A stretch of 64,000 nt of DNA. Source: an uncultured Actinomycetes bacterium (GTDB taxonomy: Bacteria; Actinomycetota; Thermoleophilia; Gaiellales; Gaiellaceae). A model generated the notes under the pieces. It saw only the letters and a program-made list of their open reading frames with translations. It had not been told where the DNA came from and searched no databases. A program made the translations under genes and the position numbers. The stretch lies in contig CAWCVG010000008.1 of NCBI GenBank assembly GCA_963798935.1, positions 4,752-68,751 on the forward strand, given 5' to 3'. Below are positions 63,534 to 64,000 of this stretch, one piece after another; the stretch's first letter is position 1; the number at the start of each line of letters is the position of its first letter.

Positions 63534-64000
63534 CTACCCGGAGAGCCTGTAGCCGACGCCTCGGACCGTCTGGATCATGTCCGGCGCCGAGCTTCTTCCG
63601 GAGCGAATTCACGTACACGTTGACGAGGTTCGTCGTGGGATCGAACGAGTAGCCCCAGACGTGGGAAAGCAATTGCTCTCGGCTCAGGACGTTGTCTGCG
63701 TGCCTGATCAATGTTTCGAGCAACGCGAATTCCCTCGCCGTCAAATCCACCGTGTTTTCGCCGACGGTCGCACGTCTCGTGCGTAAATCGAGCCGAATCT
63801 GGCCGGCCGTCAAGACATCGGCCTCTTGCGTCCCCGTTGTTCGAAGGCGTGTCTTTACCCGAGCCAGCAATTCGTCGAAATGGAAAGGCTTCGTCATGTA
63901 GTCGTCGGCGCCTCCTTCGAGGCACATGACGACGTCGCGCTCGCGCCGTCCCGTCAGCACGAGAATCGGCAAGGTCTTTCCGCGCGAGCGAAGCTCCTGA
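63534..64000 (-). CDS. OmpR/PhoB-family response regulator. The 5' end lies outside the window. One frame break sits near the 3' end as assembled.
   Basis: ORF 62818..63972 frame reads ...LPILVLTGRRERDVVMCLEGGADDYMTKPFHFDELLARVKTRLR... (end of the receiver domain). The winged helix follows: IRLDLRTRRATVGENTVDLTAREFALLETLIRHADNVLSREQLLSHVWGYSFDPTTNLVNVYVNSLRKKLGAG. The expected end IQTVRGVGYRLSG* is found one frame over, with the break near 63575 and stop TAG at 63534-63536. Confidence 0.85.

Overview
High-GC (roughly 70% by eye) chromosomal segment of actinobacterial type; taxonomy is inferred, not demonstrated.

Left third (1-22 kb): ordinary genes.
- A LAL/MalT-type ATPase regulator, running off the window start and absent from the ORF track.
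- An AfsR/SARP-type regulator, divergent from a cupin / small membrane protein / hemolysin-III cluster.
- A DEAD-box helicase.
- A LacI-associated beta-glycan oligosaccharide locus: GH1 beta-glucosidase, GH5-like hydrolase and a five-gene Opp/Dpp-type ABC importer.
- A membrane TPR protein and a PrsA/SurA-like PPIase lipoprotein.

Right two-thirds (22-63 kb): two tandem minus-strand giant genes for modular secreted proteins, together about 41 kb or 64% of the window.
- Sizes are about 8.8 kb (gene B) and about 32 kb (gene A).
- Shared plan: signal peptide, CSLREA-type N-terminal domain, Pmp-like GGAI beta-helix repeats, a choice-of-anchor-Q-like region, DNRLRE-like jelly-roll modules, and about 100 copies in total of an approximately 84-aa two-cysteine Ig-like repeat.
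- The larger gene also carries three NosD-like beta-helix modules and three copies of an unassigned insert domain.
- An OmpR-family response regulator (partial) lies upstream and the PPIase lies downstream on the same strand.

Caveat: as assembled, the sequence carries many clustered single-nucleotide frame breaks. They affect the giant genes and also housekeeping-type genes, so the ORF track fragments real genes.

Other sequence-level signals:
- Three direct repeats at exact 22-bp spacing upstream of the 8.8-kb gene.
- Three CGTAAGC heptamers at exact 11-bp spacing beside the SARP gene.
- Three related operator-like palindromes in the sugar locus.
- Three tRNA 3'-half-like elements without 5' halves.

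Domain family names come from memory of family signatures, and domain coordinates are approximate (+/- about 30 nt).
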